DNA from: Gnetum montanum
Taxonomy: Eukaryota > Plantae > Gnetophyta
Length of the DNA: 64,000 nucleotides
NCBI GenBank assembly: GCA_015680685.1
Contig: MNCI01001543.1
Coordinates: 62,001-126,000, forward strand
Direction: 5' to 3'
Positions 1-13,719 of this stretch are shown here, one piece after another. Below the pieces are notes generated by a model. That model was not told the DNA's origin and did not search any database. It saw nothing but the letters and a program-made list of their open reading frames with translations. The position numbers and the translations under genes are program-made. Every line of letters starts with the position of its first letter. Position 1 is the stretch's first letter.

Positions 1-1153
1 CACTGTGCTACACTACGTAGCATAGCATGACGTAGCTGCTAGCCATGAGAGAAATCTTTCCTAATAGCCAAAACCACCTGTCTAAGGCTTGGCTAGACAA
101 GCAACTACAACCTTATCTTTCATGCTGAAAAGCCTTTAGACCTACTGAGTTCATCCTTGATACACTTTGGCATTTTTCATCCTCACTACGATGTGCTACA
201 CTGTGCAACATAACATAGCATAGTAGCCAATATGACATGCATCCTTGTCTGATCTGCAATGCTTTGTTAAGAAACCTTACTTGAGGCCTAAGGGCTAAGT
301 GGAACAGGTAGTTTTTGAGGCTAAAGTATGGCCAAGTGTAATCTTCTTGCTGGAGCCACTTAGCAAAGGGCCTTCGTGTGTTCTATCCTTGCTACACTAT
401 GCTACATTTCATAGTGTAGCACCCTTTGTTTCTTGGATTTTAACTTATTTTGCAAACATTTTGTTACAGAATGTTGTTTATGTCTCAGTGTATCAACAGA
501 GCAAACCTGTTTGATGGTTGAAGCATAGGAAAATGTGCCTACTCCCTCAGAGCCATCTAAGTAGGAGTATTATCAGAGTGCATCCCTGTTACAATGTGCT
601 ATACTACATAGTATAACATAGCATAGCACTTGAGTGAAGAGGACTTCTGACAAAATTTACCACATTTTTGCTATGTCATGTTGTTTGTGCATCAAGGGTG
701 AAGTGGGGAAGATTCTCTAGAAGGCTGATTCATCATCACTGTGCATGTACGGTACCTATTTAGTATTCTTGAGACTTACTACACTGTGTAGTGTATTATA
801 GCGTACCAGGTTCCTTCAGTTAGAAAAATTTCCAAACTATCTAGCTCATCTTTAACACTTTCGATAGCTCCTAACATGATCTCTGGGTAGACAATCAGCT
901 AGGTCAAGTGCCAAGCTGGGAAGGCTGGAGAGTTCAGTAATCCTATCAGTCCTAGAGATAGAAAACTTGCCAAACCATACAGTTTACCCCTAGTTCCTCT
1001 TTCATGCAAACTGGCCTTGTGGTTGGGTGCCATGTTGACTATGCTACAGAGGGCATTGTCTGCATAGTCCAGTGTGACATCAGACTTACAGGAACCCTTG
1101 TCCACATTTTGGGACTACTGAATCATGAGAGTCCCAAAATTCATGGTGTTTAA
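1..1153 (-). repeat. 3' LTR of element B (partial)
   Basis: Colinear with the distal part of 54551-56697. Ends GGTGTTTAA, a mutated reverse complement of TGAAACACC, next to the PPT. Confidence 0.9.
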
Positions 1154-1170
1154 ATTGCCCCTATTTGTTG
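1154..1170 (-). promoter_or_regulatory. Polypurine tract of element B
   Basis: Minus strand reads CAACAAATAGGGGCAAT directly before the LTR, like the PPTs of A and C. Confidence 0.8.
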
Positions 1171-2574
1171 ATGTCTGGAGGATCTACCTAAGAGACATTG
1201 ATAAAGAATACAAAACACCATAAAGAACCAAACACCAACATCACTCTTTAGTACCTACTTTGATGATTCTTTGCTATGTTTGAGAGTACTAGGAGAGTGA
1301 TGTGAGGAAGGAGGTAAGGGGTGGATTTGAGGGAATATATTTAGGGATGAAATGGGTGTGAGATGTAATGCTTTAAGAAAATATTTCCGTAGCGTGATCC
1401 CTCATCAGAGTGCTTATGAGGGAGTCAGCACACATGGGTGTCTTTCTTTTTTGGCCTTTGACCTCTCACTGGAGTGCTTAGAGATGGTCGATTGGCAACC
1501 AAAGAAAGTGTAAAGAAATTGTTGTGCCATTTTCTCTAGTCTTCTATTTTTTATTATTCTTTTTCTTTACTCTACACCCATGTTCACTTGCAAAAAACCT
1601 ATTGTTGCAAGACAAGTGTTTCCTCCCCAAGATGAGTTATATTACATCCATGTGGGGTTTTGACCTACCTACAGATGCTTCCCATGGGGCGAGTTGTGTT
1701 ATGCCTATCATGGACTGGATGGTTGGGCATGTGGGAGGGCTCTGTGCATCAGGAAAGCTTGTAAAGGGGATACAAGAAATTGAAAGTATGTAAGGAATGG
1801 AGGCTAAACTGGATAAGAAAAAGAGGGAGTAGGGTATGTACTCTCAAACAACGAGGTTAATCGAAGTAGATACTTCAGAGCAATGTAGTGTATTGGCTCT
1901 CATGGTGAAACGTATCTCTGAATGATGCCATCTTGGCTTGTATCCTACAAACACAATAGGGAGAAAACCAAAGAAAATGATCATGAAGTAAAATGAAAGT
2001 AAAGTACCACTTGCTTTAGACACCACTGGAGTAGCGAGTATTGTTGCTGAGATGTGTGATGTCCAAAGTAGGAAGGCCAGCATAGATCCTAGCCACAGCA
2101 GGCTGGGAAGGATGGCATTGAGGATATTAAGAGCTACGATGATGCAAGTACTCAAGATTCCTTACCCAAGGCAAACATAGTGGAGTCCAGCTACAAGGGA
2201 AGAAGCCTACCAACTGAACGTCCTTGTGGCTTGAATGATGGCAAGGGATGGAGAATAGCAATGTTGTGGCTAGGCCACAATAGTGCTAGGACTCTAACAG
2301 CAGGTGTTGATGACAAGATCTACCACTAGGATGAGTGGTTGTGGTAGTGGTAGCTCCAGAAAGTCAGCAAGATGTCAAAAAACATCTCTAGAAGGTCAAC
2401 AAGATGTCAAGGGCAGTGACACTACATTTGTTCTAGAGGGTTTTTTCTTAGCATCTTGAATTGCATTCTAGAACTGCAACATCCCACCCCATGTTGTCCA
2501 GGGAGTTTGAGGTCATCCACACTCACTTGTTCATAGGGTCGTGGATGTTAGCTGAAGAAGTGTTAGGCTGTGAA

Positions 2575-2825
2575 CCCAGTTTAAGGTCTTGGTAGACCAT
2601 TAGATGTGCTGGTTTAAGGTCCCAGTAGACCATGATATGCTAGTTTAAGGTCCTAATAGACTGCTGTGCTAGTTTATCATCATAGCAGACAGTGGATGCA
2701 CTAGTTTAAGGTCGTAGAAGACCGTGCTATGGGTGCTAGTTTTATGTCATTTCCCTAGGACGTGTTATGCCAGTTTATAGTCATAGCGAACTATTTGTGC
2801 TAGTTTTACATCATAGTGGACATTC
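2575..2825 (-). repeat. Degenerate ~30-35 bp tandem array (minus core GACCTTAAACTAGC) after the integrase stop of B
   Basis: About 8 recurrences of GCTAGTTTA(A/T)(G/C)(G/A)TC on the plus strand. Confidence 0.8.
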
Positions 2826-2862
2826 ATCTTACCTTTCTCTATACCTAATGTAATCCTTTTCA

Positions 2863-5800
2863 TTAGACGTAGTATGGCTTGAGATACAAATGGTTGATAG
2901 GATTTGCAAACTCGTTGCCATCCATATTAGTCAATTTGAAGACCCCATTCTTATAGGATTTTGTGACTACAAAAGGACCTTCCCAATTGGCTAAGAATTT
3001 TTTTACATGTTCACAAACAACCTTGAGGACTAGGTCCCCCTTCTTGATTGGTCATTGATGTAAATTATAGTGGTGCTTTTTCCATTGCTTTTCCTGGTAC
3101 CATTCAATGTAATCAAGTGTTCAAGCATGCTCCTCCTCTATGGAGTCAAGATCGATGACTCTTGATTCATTATTCTGGGCCTCATTCAAAATTTTTGAAA
3201 GGATTATTAAAAGTGATGGAACCTATAGTTCAAGAGGTAACACTGCTTCAGATCCATAAACAAGGTTGTAAGGAGTCTTACCTATGGTCATTCTGCACAT
3301 CGTACGGTAAGCCCACAACACATAGAGGATTTGCTCATGCCATCGCTTCTTATTGCTACTAAGCATCTTTTTGAGTAGGTTGATGATGGCCTTTTTTGTT
3401 GCCTCTTATTGAATATTTTCCTGTGGGTAGTATGATGATGAAAAGCATTGCTTGATACCAAGGTTGTTGCAAAAGTTTTTGGTTTCCGTGCTACTAAATT
3501 GTGGCCCATTGTCTATCACAATAGTCATGGGAAGACCAAACCTTATCACTATGTTATCTAAGATAAAGTGGCAAACCCATTGAGATGTAGTGTTTCATAG
3601 GGGAATAGCCTTCACCCAAATTGTGAAGTATTCAGTTGTAGTGATAATGAAGCTATAACCTGTGAAAGACTTGGGTGTGATGGGTCCTATGATGTCTAGT
3701 CCCCATCATTGGAATGGCCATGTGATCTATGCAGGATGTAACTCAGTAGGTGACACATATATGATATTTTCATGGCATTTACATACATCACATGTCCTAA
3801 CTTTGGCAAGGAAATCTCATTCAATGCAAGGCCAGTAATCACCTAGGTGTCTGATTTTTCTACCATAGCCCTACGGGCTATGTATCCTCCACATACTCCC
3901 TCATGGACTTTGTTAATAATTTTCTCTGCTTCTTTCCCACCAATGTAATTTATCAATATCCCATCAAAGGAGTGTTTGCATAAGGTGTTATCTCCTATAA
4001 GGACATACTATCAGGCTTGCTTTCGGATTCCATCCTTTTGAGCGGATGTCATGCTATGTGGGGGTTTGCCATGTTGAAGGTAGGCTTTAATGTTTGCATA
4101 CCATTCTTGGATATCCGTTGCACTAATAGATGTGATGTACACTACTTGATTAATAGGATCTATGCATTCTATTATCGAAGTGGGCAAAGTGACAAACAAG
4201 TGCGATGGCACATTCAATGCTAACGTGGCTAATGCGTTAGTACAGTATTCCCATTACAAGGCACATGTTGAACATCTAACGTTGTAAACTATTTCAACAA
4301 ACTAATAGCTCGATTGAAATAAGGTTGCAAATGTGAAACCTTGCAAGCATATAATTTAGTGATATTGTTGACAACTAATTTCGACTTGCCCCCGATTGCC
4401 AAATGTTGAATTTTTAGCTCTTGGTCTACTAAGAGGCCCCTAAGGAGTCCTTCATACTCTACTACATTGTTCGTAAAAAGGAACATAAAGAAGTATGTAA
4501 AGGCTTAAATTTCCCCTAAGGGAAATGTAATAATTGCGGTGGCATTTCCACCTTGTATGGTTGAAACACCATTAAAGTGTAAAGTTGCTTCAAAATGAAT
4601 AGTATAGGGCTTAGGCTATTGACGTGTTCATCTAGGAATTTGGGTTCTATTATTGCCTAATCATCAACGGGTGAAGTTGTAAGCTATGTGGCTATTTCTT
4701 GACCCTTTGTTGATGATTGGGCTACATAATTTAAATTGAATTTCACCATTATAGCTTTCCATCGGGCTATCCTACTACTCTCATACAATTTTTTTGTGAT
4801 AGCTCGAACTATGTTGCTCTTGCATATGATGTTGACCCTACTACAAAATAGGTAATGTCTTCATCTTTTTAGCACAAATACCAGAGTGAGACAATATTTT
4901 TCTACCTCATTATACTTTGTCTCATAAACTATTAATGCATGGCTTAAGTAGTAGACCAGGATTTCAGACCTGTCATATCTTTTTTGACATAGCAATGTAG
5001 CAATGGATGTGTCCGAAGTGGCAAGGTAAATATAGAAATGCTTGTACCTCTGTGGTAGGTAAACAGTTGGGAGATGCAAAATCTCTTTCTTTAGGTTATC
5101 AAAGGTTTGTTAACATTGATCTGTCCACTTGAAGTTGACCTATTTTTTGAGTAGGTGTTGCATGGGGTGTAGCTTGTCCATCAACTTCGTGATAAACCTT
5201 CTGATAAACTGCACTCTACCTTACAATCTCCATAATTATTTAAGGTTTGTAGGCGGTGCTAAGTTAACAATGGCCCTCACTTTATTGGGGTCCACTCGTA
5301 TTCTTGTTTTCAACACTACGAAACCTAGCATGCATATGGTTTTAACTCCAAAAACAAATTTCTTAGGATTGAAGCATAGGTCATGCCTCTAACAAAGTTG
5401 GAGGACTATGTTGAGATCATTGGGATGATCAATAGCTTCCTTAGACTTGACTACTATATCATCCATGTAATCATTCAATCTCTCCAAAAGGTAGTTTCTA
5501 AAAATGTATGTCATTGCTTGTTGGTAGGTTGCTCCAATTTTTTTGAGCACAAAGAACATCATTGTATAGCGAAAGGTTCTCCAACGGGTCATGAAAGTGG
5601 GTTTATACGGATCTAGTTATAGCCTGAAAACCCATCCATGAAGGATAGTAGGGCATGACCAGTCGTAGTGTCGATAAGTTGATTGATACTTGGTAATGGG
5701 AAATCATATTTAATTGTTGCTTTTTTCAAGTCTCGAAAGTCTATACAAATTCATATACCTCTCATTTTCTTAGAAACTACAACGATGTTCGATACCCATT

Positions 5801-6311
5801 CTGAGTAGTTGATCGCTACGATGAAACTAGCTTGATAAAGCTTGGTGATTTCATTGCGTACAGCTAGTGCAATCTTTGGTTTGATTTTACGAGTTTTTTT
5901 CTTAACTACCTTGACATGCAGGTCTAAGATAATGTTGTGTTGTATAAGCTATGGGTCTAGGCCTAGCATGTTGTTGTATGACCATGCAAACACTTTAACA
6001 TTGTCATGGAGAACTTTGGAAATGTCTTGGTGTACCTGTGGATGTAATAGAGAGCTAACTTTCAAGGTTTTTGCTTCACCTTTAGTTGTAGTTATGAGGA
6101 TTTTAGTGAGAGAGTCCTCGGTCAAATCCCTAGCCTCTAAGTCTAAGGCTTAGACCAGATGTTCGAAACAATCTAGGGATGTTTCCAAAGATGCTACAGT
6201 GTTGTGAAAGGATGATTCAAAGTCCACAAATTCTTAACTCAAGCATCTTATAAACTTGCCTTAGGGACTTGTTAAGGTCAAAGGTGAACAAAGATCACCA
6301 TGCATAGCCAT
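2863..6311 (-). pseudogene. pol: pol (RT-RNase H-archaeal-type RNase H-integrase) of B, with stops and frameshifts
   Basis: Fragments GATYQQAMTYIF..YMDDIVVKS (RT), YLATSD..YYLSHAL..NEVEK (RH), TNNVVEYEGLLRGL (aRH), NWEGPFVV..HLYLKPYYV* (INT end). Confidence 0.92.
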
Positions 6312-6326
6312 TTTTTTCGGGTGGAC

Positions 6327-6350
6327 CTGTTACAACAAGCAAATAAACCA
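6327..6350 (-). promoter_or_regulatory. Candidate 3' splice acceptor upstream of the pol ATG of B
   Basis: Minus strand GTTTATTTGCTTGTTGTAACAG|GTCCACCCGAAAAAAATG; same arrangement in A and C. Confidence 0.6.
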
Positions 6351-6424
6351 AGTCAAGTGATACCTGTTTGAAGTAGTAGCATGACCAAACATATGTAAAT
6401 CAATGATGTAACATAAGCTAATTG

Positions 6425-6685
6425 CCAATTTAAGGTCTTAGTGGACTGCAACAATGTAATAGTTTAGTCTAAAACATAAAAATGAATACTAAAATTACCA
6501 TTTTAAGGTCAAGGTGGACTGTCATTGGGCTGTATTGCATGTTAACATTACTAGTTTAAGGTCTTTGCAGACTATCATATGGACCATACTATAGGTTAAG
6601 ATTGCTATTTTACAGTCTTTTCGAACCATTATTGGGCTGCATTTTAGGTTGATGTTTCTAGTTTAAGGTCTTTGTGGACTGTTAC
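6425..6685 (-). repeat. Dispersed TAAACT-core array upstream of pol in B
   Basis: About 5 copies of (G/A)TTTAAGGTC...GACT on the plus strand. Confidence 0.65.
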
Positions 6686-6849
6686 TGTTTAAAATTTAAA
6701 AATTTAGAGCGAAAATTTTGGGTGCACCCACTTACTACACTGCCTATGAGTGTTACACTACAATGGGACTTCACTATAGTAGCATTACGCTGCAGGGGTG
6801 TCCTGCGTTACTCGGGATATGAAAATGATAAGTTTTTAACCGTGTCAAC

Positions 6850-6857
6850 TATAAATA
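6850..6857 (+). promoter_or_regulatory. Candidate TATA box of the antisense gene of B
   Basis: CTATAAATAGG about 140 bp upstream of the exon-1 ATG at 6997; C has CATAAATAGG at the equivalent distance. Confidence 0.55.
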
Positions 6858-6996
6858 GGAGATTACCCCTTGGTAAACTTGTCATTTTCATTGTAAGAGT
6901 CCAGAGCCCATACATAGCGTGTAGCATGGTCAAACAGAAAGACGAAGTGAATAGGCGTAGCGTTACAGTTGGTACGATCGATTTGTGAGCAAAGCA

Positions 6997-7115
6997 ATGG
7001 TGCGCAAGCATGAGCGTAGGCATAGGGGACTTGATAAGATAGAAGATGTGAAGGAGACTCTGGGACACCTCTCCAAGACACATGTTGAGGTGCGGGAGGA
7101 GGCTCCGTTTGCACA
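6997..7115 (+). pseudogene. Antisense accessory gene of B, exon 1
   Basis: MVRKHERRHRGLDKIEDVKETLGHLSKTHVEVREEAPFA aligns with C exon 1 (HLVLAKVEEVKKTLRHAPQVSVSVWKSTPLI). Ends phase 2 at a decayed donor CA|ATAAGT. Confidence 0.65.
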
Positions 7116-7819
7116 ATAAGTTGCTACGCTACCCTCATTTCCATTATGTAACGCATTAGGTTAGATTTCCATTGCTATTATTATTTTGGCTATCACAGTC
7201 ATCATTGTTGCAATTGTTGTCACTGTTTTTGTTGCTATTTTGGCTATTGCATTGTGGAAATGGCTATTCTAGCCACAGAGTCCATACGGTTGCTACGCTA
7301 TAGTTGTGTGTGACATTGCCCCAGCTTCCATTGTTAAGAATGGTCCCTGCATCGTTGCAGGGGTTTGGACGGTTCTCGACAGCATGGCACATGCCCCACA
7401 TAGTGTACAACCTATAAAAGGGGTAGCATAACATATTACAAGTGTAGCATAGCATGAGCAAAGGGAGGGTTTATTGTGTCCATGTTTTTCCTGACCCTAT
7501 TTCATGGGGCAGGATGGGGATAAGGGGAACACTATCAGTTCTTTGCCATAGATGTTGTTGGGTTGTTGCCTCTTGTTGCTGTTACGCTATGCTATTATAT
7601 TTACAGCTCTGCTAGGTCATTAACCTAGCAATATTTTATGCTCCTATATTTTTAAATTTGTAATGTTGTTATTCTATCAAATTCTCCATACTACTATACC
7701 ACCGAATTTGCTATGCTACTAAATTTTCTATGCTACACTGCTTGTTATGGTGGTCTACCTGTTACATTGTTACATGTCTGATGTATGTTGTATTATTATG
7801 CTTAATTCATGATTTATTT

Positions 7820-9405
7820 TGAAACACCACTAATTTTAGCCTACCACTTTGAAACAACTCAAGCCCTTTCGAAGTTTTAGGAGGAAAAACTTGACCAAGA
7901 CATGGAACTCATGCTGTTAGGTTAGCTTGCCCTCAGTATGAGCAACTCCAACAGCTTTACGATCAAGACAAAAATTGTCCAAATTTGAGGATGTAAGCCA
8001 TCCTCAAGCACCACTAATGATTACTCCAAGCTTTAGCATTTAGGAATTCAAATTTGGAGACAAATTGTTCACATTCTCATGCTGATGTTGTCACTCATGC
8101 TGAGGTCATGTTGGCAGCATGAGTGCAGTGTGAGTAAATCTTAGAGCCCAAAACTGAGCGAAAATGATCTGATTTCCAAGGTGCAAGTCATCATCAGGGT
8201 TCATTATTGACATCTTCAGATTTTGGCCTCTGGAATTCCAAATTTCAGGTCCAAAAATTGCAAGATTTTGCAGCTCACGTTGTGGTCACGCTGCACTCAT
8301 GCTAGCAGCGTGAGTCCAGCATGAGCTACCCAAGAGTGGTGTAAAACAAGTCAAATCAAGCTCAATTTTTGACTTGCAAATCATTCTCAAGGTCAATCAT
8401 AGTTATGAAATCATTACACTTCAAGAATCAGGCTTGAAAAATCAAAATTTGGTGTGAAATATGTCATTTTGGCTCACTCACACTGAGGTCACATTGAGGT
8501 CATGCTGGCAGCGTGAGTGCAGCATGAGTGCAGTGTGAATACTGATCACGCTTAATGGAAAGCACGCCAAACTCACACTGAGGACATGCCAAGATAAGAT
8601 CAACTCACGCTGGAAGCCCTGGTGGACTAGAAATGCTTCAAACAGCCACAAAACCACTTAGATCAACATCTTGCAGCAGTCAATTCAAAGATCAAGAAGT
8701 TTCAAGCGAGCTGGAGTCAAAAACATAGCTTGCCTACACATGTCCAACTCACACACAGCTACCCATCGGACATGTGTCCCATGATCTATTTTCCTCTCAT
8801 CTCTTAGCCATTGATTCCATCTATGAATTTCACACCCAAGCCCACCCAAACCCTATAAATACCCTGTCAATTCACATAAACAAGATTGGCAATTTGAAAG
8901 ATTGATAGCTTAGGACGCACTAACTAGCGACTTTGGATAGTTAGACATACTTGACCCTTAGCATCCAAGCATTTCTAAGACACATCACATCACCCCAGGG
9001 CTTGGTGCTTGACCTGTCATCCACATGTGCAGCTAGGTTTTGACTGATGCACGTCTTTTTTGAGCAATACAATACAGTTCATTTTTCCAACCATTATTTT
9101 GTTTACTCTATTTTACATTCATTTTACATTTTGTTTGCAATACTATTCTGTATACATTTTGTTTGCATTTCTTACATTAATGTTTACATTTTGTAGATCA
9201 TTAGTTACAATAACCCCAGCGTAAGCCATAGTTTACGCTCGGGGAATTCCTTGGTTGATTTGTGTGTAGACCATCCAAGGCACTCCTCCTTTGTTTCCTT
9301 TTCTAGCTTGCCCTCAAGTAAAGGTAGGGCTAGCTATGTCTGCCTAATGATCTTTTAGTGTTTTTTTTCCCTTCTAGCCTTACATCGACAATTTAGGTTA
9401 GTACA
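7820..9405 (+). repeat. 5' LTR of A
   Basis: TGAAACACC...TTAGTACA, direct repeat of 25437-27165; TATAAATA at 8854-8861. Confidence 0.93.
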
Positions 9406-9411
9406 ATAAAT

Positions 9412-9428
9412 TGGCACTAGCAGGATGG
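9412..9428 (+). promoter_or_regulatory. Primer binding site of A (degenerate tRNA-Asn type)
   Basis: TGGCACTAGCAGGATGG, 6 nt after the LTR, versus TGGCGCTAGAAGGAGGG (complement of the plant tRNA-Asn 3' end). Confidence 0.7.
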
Positions 9429-9699
9429 CCACCTGCAAAAAACTTCTTATGTTAATTGAGACTGGAAACCTGCAAAATTCTTATGGAAAGCACTTTAAAC
9501 TCCACCATTAGATCCCAAAATAGCATACACATGCTAGTTAAACAAGCTATTTCATTGATAGTCTACCAAGTAATGTTCCACCACCACCGTTGACCATTCA
9601 CATTGAGCTTCTCTCACCACCTACCCAGCATGTCACGCTAGCTTACACAAGTTTGCCTTGACTTACTCACTCCATTGCCCAATACTTTGTGTTGTCAAC

Positions 9700-9905
9700 A
9701 TAACCTACTCATGCTAGCTCATGCTAACTATCACCTCACGCTGTCAGTCACCTCACACTATTTGTCAGATCACGCTGTCTATCACCTCACGCTGTCGGTC
9801 AACTCATGCTATCTGTCACCGCACGCTATCTATTAGCTCACACTAACTGTTAGCTCACGCTGCAGTTAACTCACATTGTTAGTTCATGCTGATAGTTTCT
9901 CATGC
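9700..9905 (+). repeat. ~17-18 bp tandem repeats (CACCTCACGCTGTC-like) in the 5' UTR of A
   Basis: About 10 CTCA(C/T)(G/A)CT recurrences at short regular spacing. Confidence 0.75.
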
Positions 9906-9939
9906 TCAACTCGTCTAGCCTAGTTTACTTACACTCACT

Positions 9940-12900
9940 ATGAAGTCCTCCCAAATTAACCCAGTGACACTACCGATCTATGACTTTGGGGTTGAAACCT
10001 TGAATCCTATGACTTCTATAGAATCCATAACTATTATTGAATAGATAATCCCCCAAGGCCCTATTCTCTAGTCACTCAGGCTACAGGGCAAAGACCCTAC
10101 TTATGCAACTCTTACACCCAAATAGTATAACTTCATCTATGTCAAGATCCAGGCCAACTTGCCTATCGATCATATAGAGAAGGAAGCGAAGCGAGAGTAT
10201 GAAGTTATTTACAAAGGAGGTCATGAGTTTATCCCCTCAGCATTTGATATAATTCCTCTTTCCAAACATCATCATAAACTCATATCCCAGCTTCTCATGG
10301 CAAGGAGTCAAGCCTTACAACCACCTCCAATAGAGCCTTAGAGTGGAGATGTGGAAGATGACTTCGTAGACCAATCTGAACATGGGGATTTGTACCATAC
10401 CATCAGTCCCCATGCTCATACAAACTCACTATTCCAAACCTTCCTAGAAGAGATCATACTTCTAGCTTTATCTGTGAATGCTTGACCACCAGCTTCTCTA
10501 CTGAAAATACCAACCTCCATTCCTATCTTCTCTAGGCTCAATACTCAATCTCATATGTCCACTTCCATCATACCTCCACAAATATAGTCCCAAAAACCTC
10601 CTCCCCAAACTAATGTAGGACTGACCTTTTGACCTCAAAGAATTGGGATGCCATTGGTTATACCAGCTTCCACGTCCACCCATTACATGCCTCAAGTGCA
10701 AATCCACGGAGCACCATTGATTACTTCAACCCAACACATTCAGGGAGTTACCTCACAACCTGTGGTTGGGCAATGGGTTCCACCACCACTTGTTTAGCAA
10801 AACCTGTCTACTCACTGTAGCATACCACACCCTGTGGTCTCAGCCCCGAATGTCATCCCACTGCAACAAACGATAGTCCAAAAATCTCTCTTTCCACAAA
10901 CGATGCAACAATCGAGTCATTATCAACCACCACCAACTCAGCCCACTGGTATGCCTACCACCCAAGAGTGGGCAAACATGAAAAAAATGATGCACTCATT
11001 AGCAAAAGAACTAAAGCACCTCAAAATTGTAAACACCGAGGAAGTCAAGGTACTGGACTTCTACCAAGATGATACAATTAACCCCTTAGTTCCCCCATTA
11101 ACCTTGCCAAAAGGAGTCTCATTACCCTAGCTAACCAAGTACAATGGAGAGGAAGATCCAAACGCTCACCTAGTAAAATTTTGAATAGAATGCCTATTGC
11201 TTCAGGCATGGCCTCATGTAATTCTGCATGTGTTTGCTATGTCTTTAATGGGAAAATCCTTAGACTAGTACCAAGCTTTGTCCCATAGCTCCATATCTTC
11301 TCTAGAGGACTTGTTACACCAGTTTGTCACCCATTTCAAATACAATCTAAAGCCTAAAGCCACGTTGGATAGCCTAATTCAGATTAAACAAGCATCATTA
11401 GAGCCAACACAAAAATTTATCCAAAGGTGGAATGTAGCCTTGAATGAACTTCACGAGCCCATCCCTGAAACATATCTGCTTACAATCCTTAAGGTAGCTG
11501 TGAATGACTTTATAAAATCAAAACTTTATTATTTGAAAGCTCATGCCTTGAGCCAAGCATTTGTGCAAATTAAGGACATAGAAGAGACAGCACAAACAAG
11601 CAATGGCCCAACTTACTTGACCTTTAGGAGCCAACATATGAGGAAAGATAAATCCAAAACAATGGTAGCAGTGGTAGCAGAGATAGCCTGACCTAACCAT
11701 CCAGGGAAAAAGGGAAAGCAACCTGCTATCCCAAACAGCTATGAAAGAAATACACTCATGCCTACACCCAAACCTTCATCAAATAGAAATACCAATATGG
11801 GTCACTCCCATACATTCTAAAGAAAATAACCCACTCAATACACATCCTTGCGTATGAAGCCTTCACAATTTCTTGATCAACTTCTAAAGGCTGAGTTAAT
11901 AAAACATAAGCAAATGTCTCCCGTGGCATATCAAAAACATGATCCATTTTTTGAGTTGGCCAAGAACCCAGCCTTAGCAAGAGCTAATGAACCCCCCATT
12001 CCAAGAGGCTTTAGGTTGGATAGGTTTTGTGAATATCACTAGTGGTGTGGTCATGGGAGTGATTACTGTTTCACCTTGAAACAGGATATACAATGCATGA
12101 TTGATAGGGGTGAAGTAATATTCAATGATGCAAACCCAGTAAGACCCCAAAACCAACCCATGGGGGTATACAAAGATCCTCTCAATACTAGTGATGCACC
12201 ATATGTGATTAATACTATCCATGTGGACAACAGACAAGATGTCCCATGAAAACATTTTGTGATTAGCAGGCCTTCAGAAAACACACCGACCCCAACATTT
12301 CCTCAAACCCATTTTATCACACACACCTCTCCCGCACCACAAAAACCATTCATCATCCATGCACCTCCTTTTGTTGCAAAAAAAACCACACCATTTGAAA
12401 ATCGACCCATTCCCTTTGTGATCTAGGTGCCAAAACATCCTGACACACAATCCACCTCTGTTCCACCATGACCTCTTTGAGAACGTCTTGCCAATAGGCT
12501 AACAAGAGAGCACCTGGAAAGAGAAAACCATGAGCACAAATTAGGACCACCAAATCCCACACCGCTAAACATTGTTCCCATGAGTCTGTCCACTAATGAG
12601 CTTGGTACGAGTCATCAAAATAAAGATAATGTCACGAATTGTGTCTCGAACCTAACATCCTTAGTTACCAATGCAAAAATTCATCCATGAGAAATACAAA
12701 TGCTGGGTCAAATGGACCAAGTCTCTGTTGATAAAAGTATTCCAAACGGTAAAGACCTAGTGAGCACGTTGACCCAGGTTACATAGGCCTTGAAACAAAA
12801 GAATACTTCTTTAAGTCTGTATGACCTAGTAATGACTTCACCAGTACATCGGGAGGCTCTCATGTGGATGCTAACTTCAATTCTTGTTAGTGAGGACCTC

Positions 12901-13705
12901 CCTGTGGATGAGCCATACATTTAAGCAGTATTGTCCCCACAACCTCAAGAATCAAAGACCACATCCCTAGAGTTTCGTGCTAATGACATTAAGCTAGAAG
13001 AGAAAATAGGAGAAGTCACCATAGCCCCTATGTTCATAATGATATAGGTTAATCATTTCAAGATACATAGAATGCATGTCGATGACGGTGCAACAACAAA
13101 CGTAATACTTTTTCCCATCATCGAAAAACTGGGACTTACTGAACAAATACAGCCCATGACAACTTCTTTCCTGAAATCCTTTAGTGGTTCCCGCGTTGTG
13201 GTGAAAGGCATGATTACCATAGATTTCATAGTAGGGGACCAATTCCCCACATTAGCTGAATTTGTAGTAGTTGATGAAATGCCAAGGTTTAATTTGATTT
13301 TAGGACGTCCTTGGCTAGCTCGATTGAGAGATGTATCTTCACCAATCCATCAAGAAATCCACCTACCTTATGAGGGTGATGAAATCATTATACATGGGGA
13401 TACGATAACATCACTTACTTCCTCACACTTAGGAACAGATCAAGGGTCAGAAATTGAATTTTCTGAGCCTAATCAAGGAACCACAAGCACACTTCAAGAC
13501 ATGAACCCAACACTAACTCAAAACCCTACTAAAATTGAAGAAGCACCAAACAACGCAAACATAGGAGCCATTCCCACCGATGTCTCTTGGTCGGAATTAC
13601 CTTTCGATATCTCCAGTGAGGGGGAAGGTGAGTATAAGATCATACCTGCATGCACCACGCCTCATGTCAAGCTATGAAAGGTTAAGAAGCAACTTAACAA
13701 CTAGA
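9940..13705 (+). pseudogene. gag: gag-protease of A
   Basis: KYNGEEDPNAHL and capsid helices (11278-11691), zinc knuckle FCEYHxxCGHxxxxC (about 12025-12070), protease HVDDGATTNVI...FNLILGRPWL (13072-13677). Confidence 0.9.
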
Positions 13706-13719
13706 GTGAATTACCAATT

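Noticed and set aside
13072-13100. Protease motif DDGA as an inactivating anomaly
   Set aside because: It is shared by A and C (DDEA in decayed B), and Tat proteases commonly deviate from D(S/T)G.
13625-13633. AAG|GTGAGT as the donor for a PR-to-RT splice in A
   Set aside because: It is phase 1 while the acceptor at 20053 needs phase 2, and the site is not conserved in B or C.
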